Virus record (IMG/VR): IMGVR_UViG_3300030430_004105
Coordinates: 1 to 64,000 of that record
Strand: one strand, 5' to 3'
Source of the DNA: a virus
DNA: 64,000 bases
Part shown: one piece after another, positions 40,901 to 49,890 of the stretch
Position numbering within the stretch: the first letter of the stretch is position 1
Layout: each line of letters opens with the position of its first letter
Position numbers and translations under genes: made by a program
Notes under the pieces: model-generated
The model's database searches: none
Told to the model about the DNA's origin: nothing
The model's input: only the letters and a program-made list of their open reading frames with translations

Positions 40901-43900
40901 CCCATCACCATATTCGAAATACATTTTTACATACTCTTCAGGTTCTGATGGTATTACAAGATTGTCAGCATATGTGGCTGCCTCTCGCTTATATTCTTTC
41001 TTGATCGGATCAAATATGGCATCGATCACCACGTCGTTTGCAAAATCCATTGCTGGAATATCACTAGGCGATGGCATAAAAGAATCTGGATCACTGTTAA
41101 ATGGCAAGTCAATATTGCCAGTTTTACCTATCGCATCAGACACATTATCTTTAATTTTATCTAATAAGTCTTGCATAATTTGTGCTATATCGTCTTCGCT
41201 GATTCCTTCATAATTTTCAGCCAATTCTTCACCCAGTGTCTTGACATCAGGATATGGAGATAGTCCATAATTCAATCCTAGGTTTTCACAAAGTTCTCCA
41301 ATTGGAGCCCTACTGTCGTATATTGACTCTATCTCATCGATCAAATCTAGATCAACTAGTTCTGAGCATGTCTCCGAAACAGATTTTACTAATTCTTTGT
41401 CTAATATCAACTTCATTTTTGGATCTTGAACTAAAGCAAATATTTTTGAATACTCTCTGTCATCCGTATTACCTCTCATAAATTCAAAAACTTCTTTGGG
41501 CTTAAGTCCATCTGATATTTGCTGCAACATATCTGCTATGTCTTGCTTAGAAATCGACAAGTCTCCCAATGAAGGCAAATCAATAGGATCCAAAACCCCT
41601 ATTTTAATTCCAAGTTCTTCTATATCGCTACCTGTTCCGGTAATGTCTTCGAGTCTTCTCCTAGGAAGGAACTCAAAGTCTTTAAAATCAGGTAAAGTAA
41701 ATGATGAGTTGCTTCTAGTTTCGCCTCTTCTCTTTAGTTCAGACAGTAAAGAATTTAGTTTGCCTTCAAATTTAGGCAACAAGCCTTCCAAGGCAAGATC
41801 AAATCCTGTTCCATTGCTAGCATCGAACAGTTCGCTTATACTTTCTCCACCAAAATCCGGAACGGACAAATCGAGCCCTCCTCTAAGAGATTCTAAGAGA
41901 TTGTTCAATAAAATCTTAAAAGATGATACAAGGCTAGCCTCAATACCACTTTTTATATTGCTCTCGATTTGTTCCATGACACTTCCAAAAATGTCATCAA
42001 TTCCACCAATTTCAAAACTTGAGAAGTCAAAGTTTGGATTAACTGATTTTAAAGATTGCAGAGAAAAGCCTTTGTCAGATCTATTCAATTCTATGTCAAT
42101 CCCTACTCCTGAATTTCTTTTAAACAACTTATTTCTAGTTTTTGACTCTTTATCAAACTCTAATCTGAATTTTGGTATTGATATTAGCGCTTGAAAAAAG
42201 TCAGTGCTTCCGTTTTCTTTGTCTCTTTTGAAGAGCCTTTTTATGCCCAAGTCAATAGGAGTTCTGAGTGAAGAAGATCCCAGTTTTTTTAAAGAAGCCT
42301 TAATGTCTAACTTCATTGATTGAAAGTCTGGGGGATTCCTCAAAAGTTGCCCAATCTCTGGAAATTGTAAGTCTATTTCAGGGCATGGGTTGGTGAAGGT
42401 AGGTATTTCACCCTGTAGTATTTTACATATTATCTCTCTGGCAGATTCTTTCTCGAATACATCTCTGTACTTAAGATTCAAAAGCAAGGATATACAGTCT
42501 GTATAGCCAAGTTCATTAATTTTATCTAAAACAAAGTCTGCAGCCTGTGTGGGGAGATTGTCCGTTAACATTCCTTGCAGATTTCCTTGATCATCGTAAT
42601 GTAATATAAGACTAAGCAAATTCGTTTCAAATGTTTCTAGAATGGTTTCTATCTCTTCGAATCCAAAATCATAGTTAAGGCATATGTCTTCTAAAATAAT
42701 CTTAAGATTTTCTTCGGTAAGGCTCTCAAAAATCATGTCAATCAATCTTTCATATTCCATTTTTTTCATAACTGCCCTAGCAATAATCTCATTGATATCT
42801 TGTACTCCCAATTCTTCTGATGCTTTTTCCAGAAGCAAAGAGGCTAAATCATCGACTGATATCTTGTCAAACACTAATTGATATAACGATTCTAGATCAT
42901 CTATGTTTGCTATAATCTCAGGCAAGTTAAGCAAAAAGTTGTCTCCAATTTGATTTCTTGCTTTGCTAAGTATTTGAGACGTAACGTCTTTAAACTGTTC
43001 AGATTCTACTAAATTTGACAAGTCAAGAGCATCTTTAGCGTCTTTAAAAGGATCTGTATATTGATCTTTAAATTGATTAAATGTATCTTCTAAGTCTGAT
43101 ATTGGAATATTGAGTCCTAAATTTTCTTTTAACTTGTTGAACAAGATTAAATAATCACCACCAAAGTACGTGGATAGAAATTGTTGCCATGGCATTCCTG
43201 ATTCTTGAGAGTTCAGAATATTTTTTGCATTTAACATCAACTTAGATATTTTTGTGTCAGTCACGAGAGATAGTTTGTTTATACCAATGTTCAAAAACTT
43301 GCCGGGATTCTCTCCGTCAAACATCGTTATATAAGCCAACTCTAAAGTCGTCGGATCAAACCCAAATTCCATTTTTGAGTCTGTGTTCAGATTCTCTAAA
43401 ACATATCCATTCTCTTTTAATAAATTTTTAACTCCATTGAAAAACTCAAAGTTTTTGTCAGATAGTTTTTTCAGATCAATACCTTCAACAACCCCACTAA
43501 ATTTGGAAATACTATTGTGATTTTTCTTGAGAACCTTACTTAAGTTTGAAATTATATTTGAAAAATCTCTAGATTTAAAATTCACAGACAATACATTTTC
43601 ATAAAAATTTTGAAAATATGCAATATTTCTGTCTGGTAGAGCGTCTAGATACTTTGATTTGATGGACAACACTAATTCATGTGAGGCACCTTTTCTTGTT
43701 GGAGTCAATATCTCTTCGAAGTTTATAAACCCAAATGCATCTCTGAGTTTTCCAATATCCGCATCAGCAACATCTTTGCCATAATAGTCTAGTATCTCTT
43801 TTACACCTAGTAGTTTGAAATCTTCTATTCTGTTCATGACTTCTTCTTTGTTTTTCATTCCGGTATCAAACTTTACCAAATAAGAATCATCTTTAAAAAA

Positions 43901-44371
43901 AGGAATATTAAATCCTGCAGACTTAAAATCCGAAAATCGATCAAAGACTACTCTTTTTAATTTCTTGAACGGCTTAATTCTAGACATTGGATAATCTGGA
44001 TTATTTAAAAACTGAACATCACTCTCTTTCAAAAAGTATCTTTCTTGATTACTATCTTCAAACAGCCCAAACTCAAAATTTTCACCAAGATCTAGTTCTA
44101 TTGCTTTTAGTTGAATTCCGTCTGTTAATTGCCCAACAGGCAATGCCCCAGCGTCGAAAGAAGAAAAGATCTTTGTAATTGATTGACAAAAGTGTGTCGC
44201 TCCTTCAAAATTAGGTGTAGGTAATTCAATCTTGCCATCTAGTGGAGGGCTTATAAAGTTCAAATCAGACTCTTCCGAGGTTGATCGAAGTCTTTCCATG
44301 TATTCCTCTTTTGCATTATCAAGACGCTGTTGGACTGATAATTCTTCTCTTGTCCCTTCTACTCCTGCCAT
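37922..44371 (-). CDS. Large acidic hypothetical protein (2149 aa), probable baseplate/tail component
   Basis: Long open frame between spike and gp25 genes; no motif recognised. Confidence 0.55.
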   Translation of the reverse strand: MAGVEGTREELSVQQRLDNAKEEYMERLRSTSEESDLNFISPPLDGKIELPTPNFEGATHFCQSITKIFSSFDAGALPVGQLTDGIQLKAIELDLGENFEFGLFEDSNQERYFLKESDVQFLNNPDYPMSRIKPFKKLKRVVFDRFSDFKSAGFNIPFFKDDSYLVKFDTGMKNKEEVMNRIEDFKLLGVKEILDYYGKDVADADIGKLRDAFGFINFEEILTPTRKGASHELVLSIKSKYLDALPDRNIAYFQNFYENVLSVNFKSRDFSNIISNLSKVLKKNHNSISKFSGVVEGIDLKKLSDKNFEFFNGVKNLLKENGYVLENLNTDSKMEFGFDPTTLELAYITMFDGENPGKFLNIGINKLSLVTDTKISKLMLNAKNILNSQESGMPWQQFLSTYFGGDYLILFNKLKENLGLNIPISDLEDTFNQFKDQYTDPFKDAKDALDLSNLVESEQFKDVTSQILSKARNQIGDNFLLNLPEIIANIDDLESLYQLVFDKISVDDLASLLLEKASEELGVQDINEIIARAVMKKMEYERLIDMIFESLTEENLKIILEDICLNYDFGFEEIETILETFETNLLSLILHYDDQGNLQGMLTDNLPTQAADFVLDKINELGYTDCISLLLNLKYRDVFEKESAREIICKILQGEIPTFTNPCPEIDLQFPEIGQLLRNPPDFQSMKLDIKASLKKLGSSSLRTPIDLGIKRLFKRDKENGSTDFFQALISIPKFRLEFDKESKTRNKLFKRNSGVGIDIELNRSDKGFSLQSLKSVNPNFDFSSFEIGGIDDIFGSVMEQIESNIKSGIEASLVSSFKILLNNLLESLRGGLDLSVPDFGGESISELFDASNGTGFDLALEGLLPKFEGKLNSLLSELKRRGETRSNSSFTLPDFKDFEFLPRRRLEDITGTGSDIEELGIKIGVLDPIDLPSLGDLSISKQDIADMLQQISDGLKPKEVFEFMRGNTDDREYSKIFALVQDPKMKLILDKELVKSVSETCSELVDLDLIDEIESIYDSRAPIGELCENLGLNYGLSPYPDVKTLGEELAENYEGISEDDIAQIMQDLLDKIKDNVSDAIGKTGNIDLPFNSDPDSFMPSPSDIPAMDFANDVVIDAIFDPIKKEYKREAATYADNLVIPSEPEEYVKMYFEYGDGIVTGFSTEDGLQVEPVRESFKYNLEFETYYKNLETKLYKKSGNEFIEYEGGIEVVENVSAANYGENKYIKSDDAEKGNIYVKKDTIELQPPDLKGFLRTFEINITTDTGDYLYLNNKRGNNGDVELEYTGSSRVLTISEDECLEDSVSEIKNTQNPYTLFKDNIRSNLNDMYRGQTYKYEIRNDLELIFKNINEHVVKTLRSLYRDYSTLNSVQRLYTMVIDSERVDLLDIESIKNVAKEDYNSNFTFKEGEENQMTKSILQGLVYANFKIYTIELLLRGYFALDLFYNPDDMPNQFPQRVKSAFENDFEDYPDYISKINDIIKYDSIPLQYTSMMEKIYTEVVSEMGLIFEDAKRTAFSLFALEGNDFVYFISPDEDLTTQLLNRYLKGKKYVVNTYFLNQETGEELPRRTNLSALPDELEYQPQRFRLSHLTRLDDVEIDDRFEFAELDITEVNASRQILNYYGRIEEDGSPNYYENSDSLPLVAKTSGSVSQTLLFPIYGEFNRNEGFNVSEIKRSQTLSVIPIFDSDSEDTIVDEFISKYTMFSDLNDIIIATISNEVAKQAPQILTAFASTKDAIRMTFQSLKNSEKTFDNDDKALELSISNYPEESATNPDFSNIARKMALQTVPLILKGIAEKFDTNTQIGSTIRTGADLAGIYIPPQIASLIAFGISNFTIPPNPIGLMYLATGYLEPKERKRIKEMVNNRNTKQDVATGDTDSILEQLENVNRIVEEQMRQEELDIYTSVIETFINEYKAIEDLYFEGGYPEDTDGYPQPKDGRNRDDVFPTRDLTSITESAFSPSGSLSERLEQLITRASDLLLQYALLIGFNLLDNEEFSDDAIEKELFVQEDFTKFKLFLQNSLKANFWICEGLNMIALIYYNTNPAVEDVYPPPQEKPVDIDVTYNPRSGGKSATDIYSNYESKRDSEKRNYLEVVDKTATKTRHKLAKWKYSSHEIFDQTETYTYDIWTQLITYVSDKVIPYLKDNGY

Positions 44372-44383
44372 TTTATTCTCCTT

Positions 44384-45319
44384 TTAGTTTGTAGTGTTAA
44401 AACTGCTGTTGATATACTTAGCACCTGATACAGCGTAGTATGTTTGCTTATGAAATTTAAGATTTGTTCTAAATTTAACCAAACTAGGTATTGTCTTGGT
44501 ACCTAAGTTTGCCGCAACTTCTGCACCAGCCGGGATTAATATTTCAGATGGTGCCGTTGGTACTCCATAAAAAGGAGATATGTGAGTATGTCCTGATACT
44601 TTTGCATTAAACTTCATTTGATATGTTATCGCTGATGATAAGATTCCTGATAGTTTATCTACTTGATCGCAAAGTTTGTTCAATGACTCGTTCACATTGT
44701 CTCCCAAAACAAGCGGTTGGAGGCTCTCACCGTCGTTTCCTGCTATCAAATCAATCCCAGAGACAGAATATATATCCTCTCCATTAGAATCCTTTAAATC
44801 AGTACCTGTGACGATCTTAACACCATCTCTGGAGATGATCCTTACTGCGTCTGATTTGATTGCTAATCCTGCTTTGGCAATTGAATTACCAACCTTGCCT
44901 TCTGATAGATCAAAATTGTCATCAATATCTGTCTTTTGGCTGACATATATACGGCTTGCATCCAGTTTAAAACTAGGATCTACAATTATTTTATTGCCAT
45001 AATCGTCTTTGTACCTAGGCTTGTGGGACATTCTGCCAACAACTACATCAATTGTGCCAGCACCAGAGTCCCCTCTGCCGCCATACCCAGACAATATAGA
45101 TCCGGGACGATCTTTGCCTATCACCATATAAGCATTTGTTCCGTTTTCTAATACTCTCTCGGCTGCTGCTTGATAGAAATCTGGAAATGCTTCTGTTACT
45201 TTTTTCCCGGCAGATCCTTTACCTATCGCTTGATTTATGTAGGATGGAGAACTGTCAAGTTTTTTTCTAAGTTTGTCGTCAATATTGTTTAATTCTAGTG
45301 CTTTTTTGAATCTAGGCAT
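44384..45319 (-). CDS. Baseplate central spike-like protein
   Basis: Beta-repeat stretches, QPLVLGD, and apex HxH motif (GHTHISP) typical of gpV/gp138-type spikes. Confidence 0.6.
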   Translation of the reverse strand: MPRFKKALELNNIDDKLRKKLDSSPSYINQAIGKGSAGKKVTEAFPDFYQAAAERVLENGTNAYMVIGKDRPGSILSGYGGRGDSGAGTIDVVVGRMSHKPRYKDDYGNKIIVDPSFKLDASRIYVSQKTDIDDNFDLSEGKVGNSIAKAGLAIKSDAVRIISRDGVKIVTGTDLKDSNGEDIYSVSGIDLIAGNDGESLQPLVLGDNVNESLNKLCDQVDKLSGILSSAITYQMKFNAKVSGHTHISPFYGVPTAPSEILIPAGAEVAANLGTKTIPSLVKFRTNLKFHKQTYYAVSGAKYINSSFNTTN

Positions 45320-45346
45320 CGTTTTTCCTCATATATCTAATTATCT

Positions 45347-47656
45347 CTACCTTGGAAAAGTGATGTGAATATGTTCTTGATAATCTTCTACCTTAAAGCC
45401 TGCTCCAAGTTCTCTACATGCCTGAATTACCACTTTAACAAATCTAGATTTCGCCATCGTTTCCTCGTCTAGTCTCTGTCCATCATACTGCTTTATACCT
45501 TCTGCAAGCAAATGAGTATTTGTTCTAAAATCAATCCCATTGCCATAAAGGTGTCCACTTCCTCCCTTTGCTACTCTTTGTTTAACACGAGCAACTGCAG
45601 TTGCGTAGTTAGGATGAGTTAAAGAAGATTTAAATTGACTCTCCGCTTGTTCTTCGGTTAATCCACTCCCGATAATCTCAACTCCGGTACCATAAGGGTA
45701 GAGATCGACAACCGCATTTGCCCATGCCGTACTTGGGGGATCCTTACTGCTGTATAAATCTTTTATCTGATATGCTGTTTTGTTTTTTCTTTTATCCCAC
45801 ATCAAATACACCTGCTGTTCAGGAGTTCTAGTGGTTGATGTGACATATAATTTTTTATGAGTTGTGGAAGAAAATATAGGATCTGTTAGGGGAATCTTTT
45901 GGTATACTTTTTGTGCCAGTTTGTTCGCAAAATCGACATGAAGTTGCGTGAAGATCCTATCCGGAGCAGCAGTCCAAAGAAGATTTTCTCTGCCTACTAT
46001 ACTATCAAACCTAAACGATGGCTGGGGTGGATCTCCTGTGGCTGTAGCGTAACTTACGGCTCCTGCTGCAGAGGGAGAACATTGAAGTCCGGGAGTAAAC
46101 CCGTTTGTTGGAGGGCTTACAGCCTTAATGTCTTGTGAGCCTTGGGCTTCAGAATTGAAAGTTGGGGGCTCTTTTTCGTCTTGAGTAACTGATCTAGAAT
46201 CAAGATTTGCTTTTGGTATCTGTATGGTTTCTTCTGTAGTACTTAGTAAGTTTTGTAAATCACCAACCTTTTCATCTATGACTTTTACAAAGTCTTGGCT
46301 CAGCATACCATAATCTAAAAATCCGTACTTCTCCATCGATAGTGATGTATTCATTTCGCTTCTTAGTCTTTCCGGGCTTCTTGTTCCATCATCGCATCGC
46401 TCTCCAGTCACAGATGGTAAAAAATTATATCCATTCAAATGATACAATCCATACCCAAATGGTGCTTGGCTTTCTTCTATAGGCGCCTCAAAACGATTTA
46501 TTTCATAATTATCGACATGATTTCTGAGGACATACGCTATGTCTAAATCTTCTGTAAACGAGAAAGTTGACATTGGATCAGTCATTAACGCTCCAAAACT
46601 TAATCCCAATTCCTTCACAAAACTAGACAGCCTGATGCTGAATTGGTATGATTGATCTTCGTTCCAATCACCGGTGGCTTCAAAGAAAACTCCTCTTGTA
46701 TTTATTTTTTTAACTATATCTAGCATATGCCCAACAGCAGCACTAGAGTTTTCATAATTCGTAGATATCCAAATATAAACTCCGACATTGTTCTCAGATA
46801 GTATTTCAGCAACCTGCTTCAATCTTTGGAAATCTATCAATAGTTCAGCCTGATTTGCGACTTGAATTGATACATTGAAGACTTTCTTCTCCTTGATAAT
46901 ATTGTAGGTTTGAGAGTAGTTACGAAACTCAGTCATGGTGTTAAAATCTGAAATAGAAACAAAATAATTTGAAACTAGTTGATTATCGTCAACATCTTTC
47001 TTGAAGTCTACACCCGTAGAAGTAGATTCTATCGCAGGATCTCCAGTTATTTGAGTTGAGTAAGAAGTTTGTGTGTCTCCTGAAGCCTGAGCGCTGTTTA
47101 AAGACGGAACTGCAGAGTTGAAAGTGTCGGACGTGCTACAATCAACCTCAGTCGCTGGTGTTGAATTTTGAGATCCCTTTGTGACAACTGAGGTTATGAA
47201 GCCATCTCTGAAGTTGTTTTTATCAGCAAAGTCAACGTCCACAATATCTCCCACTTCTGGAATGGATCCATCAGTAGACTGGAACAAAAGAGCAATTGGA
47301 TGCTTATTGATAGCCGCTTGATCGCTTGGATCTGCTGGCTCTGGAAGGTGAGCATGTAGTTCAGGAACTCTAATTCTTATTTCTGCGAATGGTACAGCCT
47401 TGTCGTCAACTGCCATAGCAATTGTTTTAGAATACTTCCAACTAGTGTTAGGGGTGTTTTCAAATTTTGAAACAACCTCTAGTACAACTGCCTTCATAGT
47501 GCCAATCTGCTCAAAGGCATCTGGACTATATGAGTCTCTAATTAATCTCTTAGATTGCCTTAATACAGACTGATTTTGTCTGTCACTAAATGCAGCCCTA
47601 GATCTTCTAGGTGTTATACTGTTGAGTTGATTTACCGGTGGTATGAACTTTCCCAT
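45347..47656 (-). CDS. gp5-like baseplate hub protein with C-terminal M15-family Zn peptidase (tail lysin)
   Basis: OB-fold-like EIRIRVPELH...IPEVGDIVDVDF; C-terminal VTSTTRTPEQQ...SGHLYGNGIDF...EHIHI. Confidence 0.68.
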   Translation of the reverse strand: MGKFIPPVNQLNSITPRRSRAAFSDRQNQSVLRQSKRLIRDSYSPDAFEQIGTMKAVVLEVVSKFENTPNTSWKYSKTIAMAVDDKAVPFAEIRIRVPELHAHLPEPADPSDQAAINKHPIALLFQSTDGSIPEVGDIVDVDFADKNNFRDGFITSVVTKGSQNSTPATEVDCSTSDTFNSAVPSLNSAQASGDTQTSYSTQITGDPAIESTSTGVDFKKDVDDNQLVSNYFVSISDFNTMTEFRNYSQTYNIIKEKKVFNVSIQVANQAELLIDFQRLKQVAEILSENNVGVYIWISTNYENSSAAVGHMLDIVKKINTRGVFFEATGDWNEDQSYQFSIRLSSFVKELGLSFGALMTDPMSTFSFTEDLDIAYVLRNHVDNYEINRFEAPIEESQAPFGYGLYHLNGYNFLPSVTGERCDDGTRSPERLRSEMNTSLSMEKYGFLDYGMLSQDFVKVIDEKVGDLQNLLSTTEETIQIPKANLDSRSVTQDEKEPPTFNSEAQGSQDIKAVSPPTNGFTPGLQCSPSAAGAVSYATATGDPPQPSFRFDSIVGRENLLWTAAPDRIFTQLHVDFANKLAQKVYQKIPLTDPIFSSTTHKKLYVTSTTRTPEQQVYLMWDKRKNKTAYQIKDLYSSKDPPSTAWANAVVDLYPYGTGVEIIGSGLTEEQAESQFKSSLTHPNYATAVARVKQRVAKGGSGHLYGNGIDFRTNTHLLAEGIKQYDGQRLDEETMAKSRFVKVVIQACRELGAGFKVEDYQEHIHITFPR

Positions 47657-47659
47657 TCA

Positions 47660-47962
47660 TTATTTCTCCTTATCATCTTTTTGAATCATATCATAGATAT
47701 CATCCTTGTCTTCTCCGGAGAAACTGAACACAGAATCTTTCTTCTCATCTTTTTGGATCAATCCAGCAAGTTTGACTAACTGTTCATTTGATCTTTGAAG
47801 TGTCTCTACGTATTTTGCTGCAGCCAATGACACTTCTTTATGATTGTGTTCGCTTTGCCCTGCAATTACAATAAGATCGCTCAACAACTCTTGGGTTATC
47901 TCACGATCTTTTCTTATGTTTTCAACTGCTTCTTCTATAAATTTATTAAGCCTCTTAGACAT
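47660..47962 (-). CDS. Hypothetical protein
   Basis: 100-aa helical ORF coupled to the sigma gene. Confidence 0.6.
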   Translation of the reverse strand: MSKRLNKFIEEAVENIRKDREITQELLSDLIVIAGQSEHNHKEVSLAAAKYVETLQRSNEQLVKLAGLIQKDEKKDSVFSFSGEDKDDIYDMIQKDDKEK

Positions 47963-48651
47963 TATTCCTCACCATTCTCATACCTAGTTTTAAAATCAGA
48001 GTATTTCTCTCTCATCTTAGACAACTGAGAAACAATTTGCTTGGTGTTTAGTCCAGTTATCTCTCTCAGGTACAAGTAAATAGCCTTTTTGTTAAATATT
48101 TCAATCTTATCAGCATTATCAATAAGGGTATTGATAGCATCATATACTTTTCTTTCATTCGGGCGCATCGTGACAGATTCCCAAGACGCTATTTCTTCTT
48201 TCAAAAGCCTCATGAACTCCTGCCTCTCTCTGTTTTCGTGATAAACATCTTCTATGCCGGGCTCAAATCCATTTGCGACTTGCCCTTCTAGTGATGTCTC
48301 TCTTTGATTTTTCTTTTTATTCTTTTTTACTTGAGCGATAAACCAGTTTTTGGTAATCACTGAGAAATAAGAGAATGCTTTATGTCCTTTTTCGGGCTTG
48401 AATTTGTGCAAAATAGTTACCAACATAACCTTGCAGTCTTGTTGCAATTCGGAAATGTTTGGCAACGATGTAAATTTATATGTGTATACAATTTTGTCAA
48501 CCATCTCATCCAGTGCTGGATGTATTAGGGTTTCGTAAAGTTCAGATTTCCTCTTCAAATCTGTTTCTGGATTATTAAATTCAATAATCGCATCTTCATG
48601 CACTTTTGTGAAGTACATTCTTTTGGTTCTAGGCTTTCTCGTCTTCGCCAT
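47962..48651 (-). CDS. Phage RNA polymerase sigma factor-like protein
   Basis: Region-2-like ELQQDC...LHKFKPEKGHKAFSYFSVITKNWF (resembles T4 gp55); C-terminal HTH YLYLREITGLNTKQI; start MAKTRK with SD AGGAGG. Confidence 0.7.
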   Translation of the reverse strand: MAKTRKPRTKRMYFTKVHEDAIIEFNNPETDLKRKSELYETLIHPALDEMVDKIVYTYKFTSLPNISELQQDCKVMLVTILHKFKPEKGHKAFSYFSVITKNWFIAQVKKNKKKNQRETSLEGQVANGFEPGIEDVYHENRERQEFMRLLKEEIASWESVTMRPNERKVYDAINTLIDNADKIEIFNKKAIYLYLREITGLNTKQIVSQLSKMREKYSDFKTRYENGEE

Positions 48652-48940
48652 CGTTATCCTCCTGTAGATCATCTTCGAACACAACCATAACTTGAGAATA
48701 GTTTTCTATATCTCCTGCAAGCCTTTTCATATGCTCAACTAAGGATGAAATGGTTGGATCTCCATAAAAGGATTCGACTTTGTTAATAGCCCTTAGATGA
48801 GTGGCAAACTCAAGTAACTTTGATTTCAGTTCTAAAAACTGATCTTCAATGGAAATTAAGTTTCTTAAAAGTTTGTAAATATACCACCCCAAAAGAGCAT
48901 TGATAAGGATTGAAAGTCCTAAGATAATGTATAAAATCAT
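48629..48940 (-). CDS. Membrane-anchored hypothetical protein
   Basis: N-terminal TM MILYIILGLSILINALLGWYI. Confidence 0.6.
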   Translation of the reverse strand: MILYIILGLSILINALLGWYIYKLLRNLISIEDQFLELKSKLLEFATHLRAINKVESFYGDPTISSLVEHMKRLAGDIENYSQVMVVFEDDLQEDNDGEDEKA

Positions 48941-49188
48941 AATTTAAAATTCCTGTCAATATTCTTTTTGTACTCCTTTACTTCTTTTTTAGTCTCTTCG
49001 ATTGTACGATTTACAACATCGCCAACTTTTTGCTTAGGAGTATTGATTGTAACTTCCCCTAACAACGCAGGAATACGAACAGCCGAAGGAGCATCACAAA
49101 CATTACAATTCGTGTGCTCCTCAGTCATTCCATGCCAGACTTCATATTCGCTTTCACAAGCGTCACAGCGGTATGAATACTTAGGCAT
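48937..49188 (-). CDS. FmdB-family zinc-ribbon protein
   Basis: MPKYSYRCDAC...CNVC. Confidence 0.75.
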   Translation of the reverse strand: MPKYSYRCDACESEYEVWHGMTEEHTNCNVCDAPSAVRIPALLGEVTINTPKQKVGDVVNRTIEETKKEVKEYKKNIDRNFKL

Positions 49189-49415
49189 TATTGTACACTC
49201 GTCTCGATTGTCTCACCTTTTGAAAGACTATCAGAATTAGTCCTTAAGATGGGTGGATTAATCACAACAATGCCCTCAGTTGGGTGTACAGTCAACTTCA
49301 AGCCTTTAAGCACAGGCACGATATCAGTTTGATTTAGAAGACTATTTTGCAAAGCCATCATAATCGCTCCTAATGCTTGATCAGATAAATGTGTAGTTTG
49401 AACTTCAGTGCTCAT
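49188..49415 (-). CDS. Hypothetical protein
   Basis: 75 aa, SD AGGAG, directly after a promoter motif. Confidence 0.6.
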   Translation of the reverse strand: MSTEVQTTHLSDQALGAIMMALQNSLLNQTDIVPVLKGLKLTVHPTEGIVVINPPILRTNSDSLSKGETIETSVQ

Positions 49416-49434
49416 GTTTTTCTCCTTTTACTTA

Positions 49435-49463
49435 TTATACGATTCAGATATCGATTTTATTCA
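49435..49463 (-). promoter_or_regulatory. Putative promoter TGAATA-N16-CGTATAA
   Basis: TGAATA at 49463-49458 and CGTATAA at 49441-49435. Confidence 0.7.
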
Positions 49464-49890
49464 AATATTTTGTTACATAATCCGTACAAATGTAATCGTA
49501 CTTCTGTTCGTCAATATCCGGATATCTTTCTGGGAATAGAAACACAGTGTTTTTGCCACTAGTCTCTTTATTAGGGTATGCCCAGATATGCCCTTTAGAT
49601 GTTATTGTATAATCATCTTCTTGGTGCCAAAAACAATGTATTTCAGAAGCCAACATTCGCTCTAGAGCATCTTTGTTTTTAGCATGGCACCAAAGCCCTT
49701 CTTGCTTAAGGAAAGTCTCTTGGATTTGATATTTGGGACTGTCATGTCCTAACAAATATTTTTCATCGATATACCAAACATCTATTTCAACATGAAAACC
49801 AGAATCCAGCAATGCTTGGATCGCTGCTGGGTGGTTTTCTACGGTTGTATCTTCTCCTTCGGTATATGCTCTGTGAGAAATAATTATCAC
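49444..49890 (-). CDS. GDPD/PLC-like phosphodiesterase-fold protein
   Basis: IISHRA...ENHP...VEIDVW...LGHD...WCHAKN; GTG start overlaps the RLP stop. Confidence 0.65.
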   Translation of the reverse strand: MIIISHRAYTEGEDTTVENHPAAIQALLDSGFHVEIDVWYIDEKYLLGHDSPKYQIQETFLKQEGLWCHAKNKDALERMLASEIHCFWHQEDDYTITSKGHIWAYPNKETSGKNTVFLFPERYPDIDEQKYDYICTDYVTKYLNKIDI

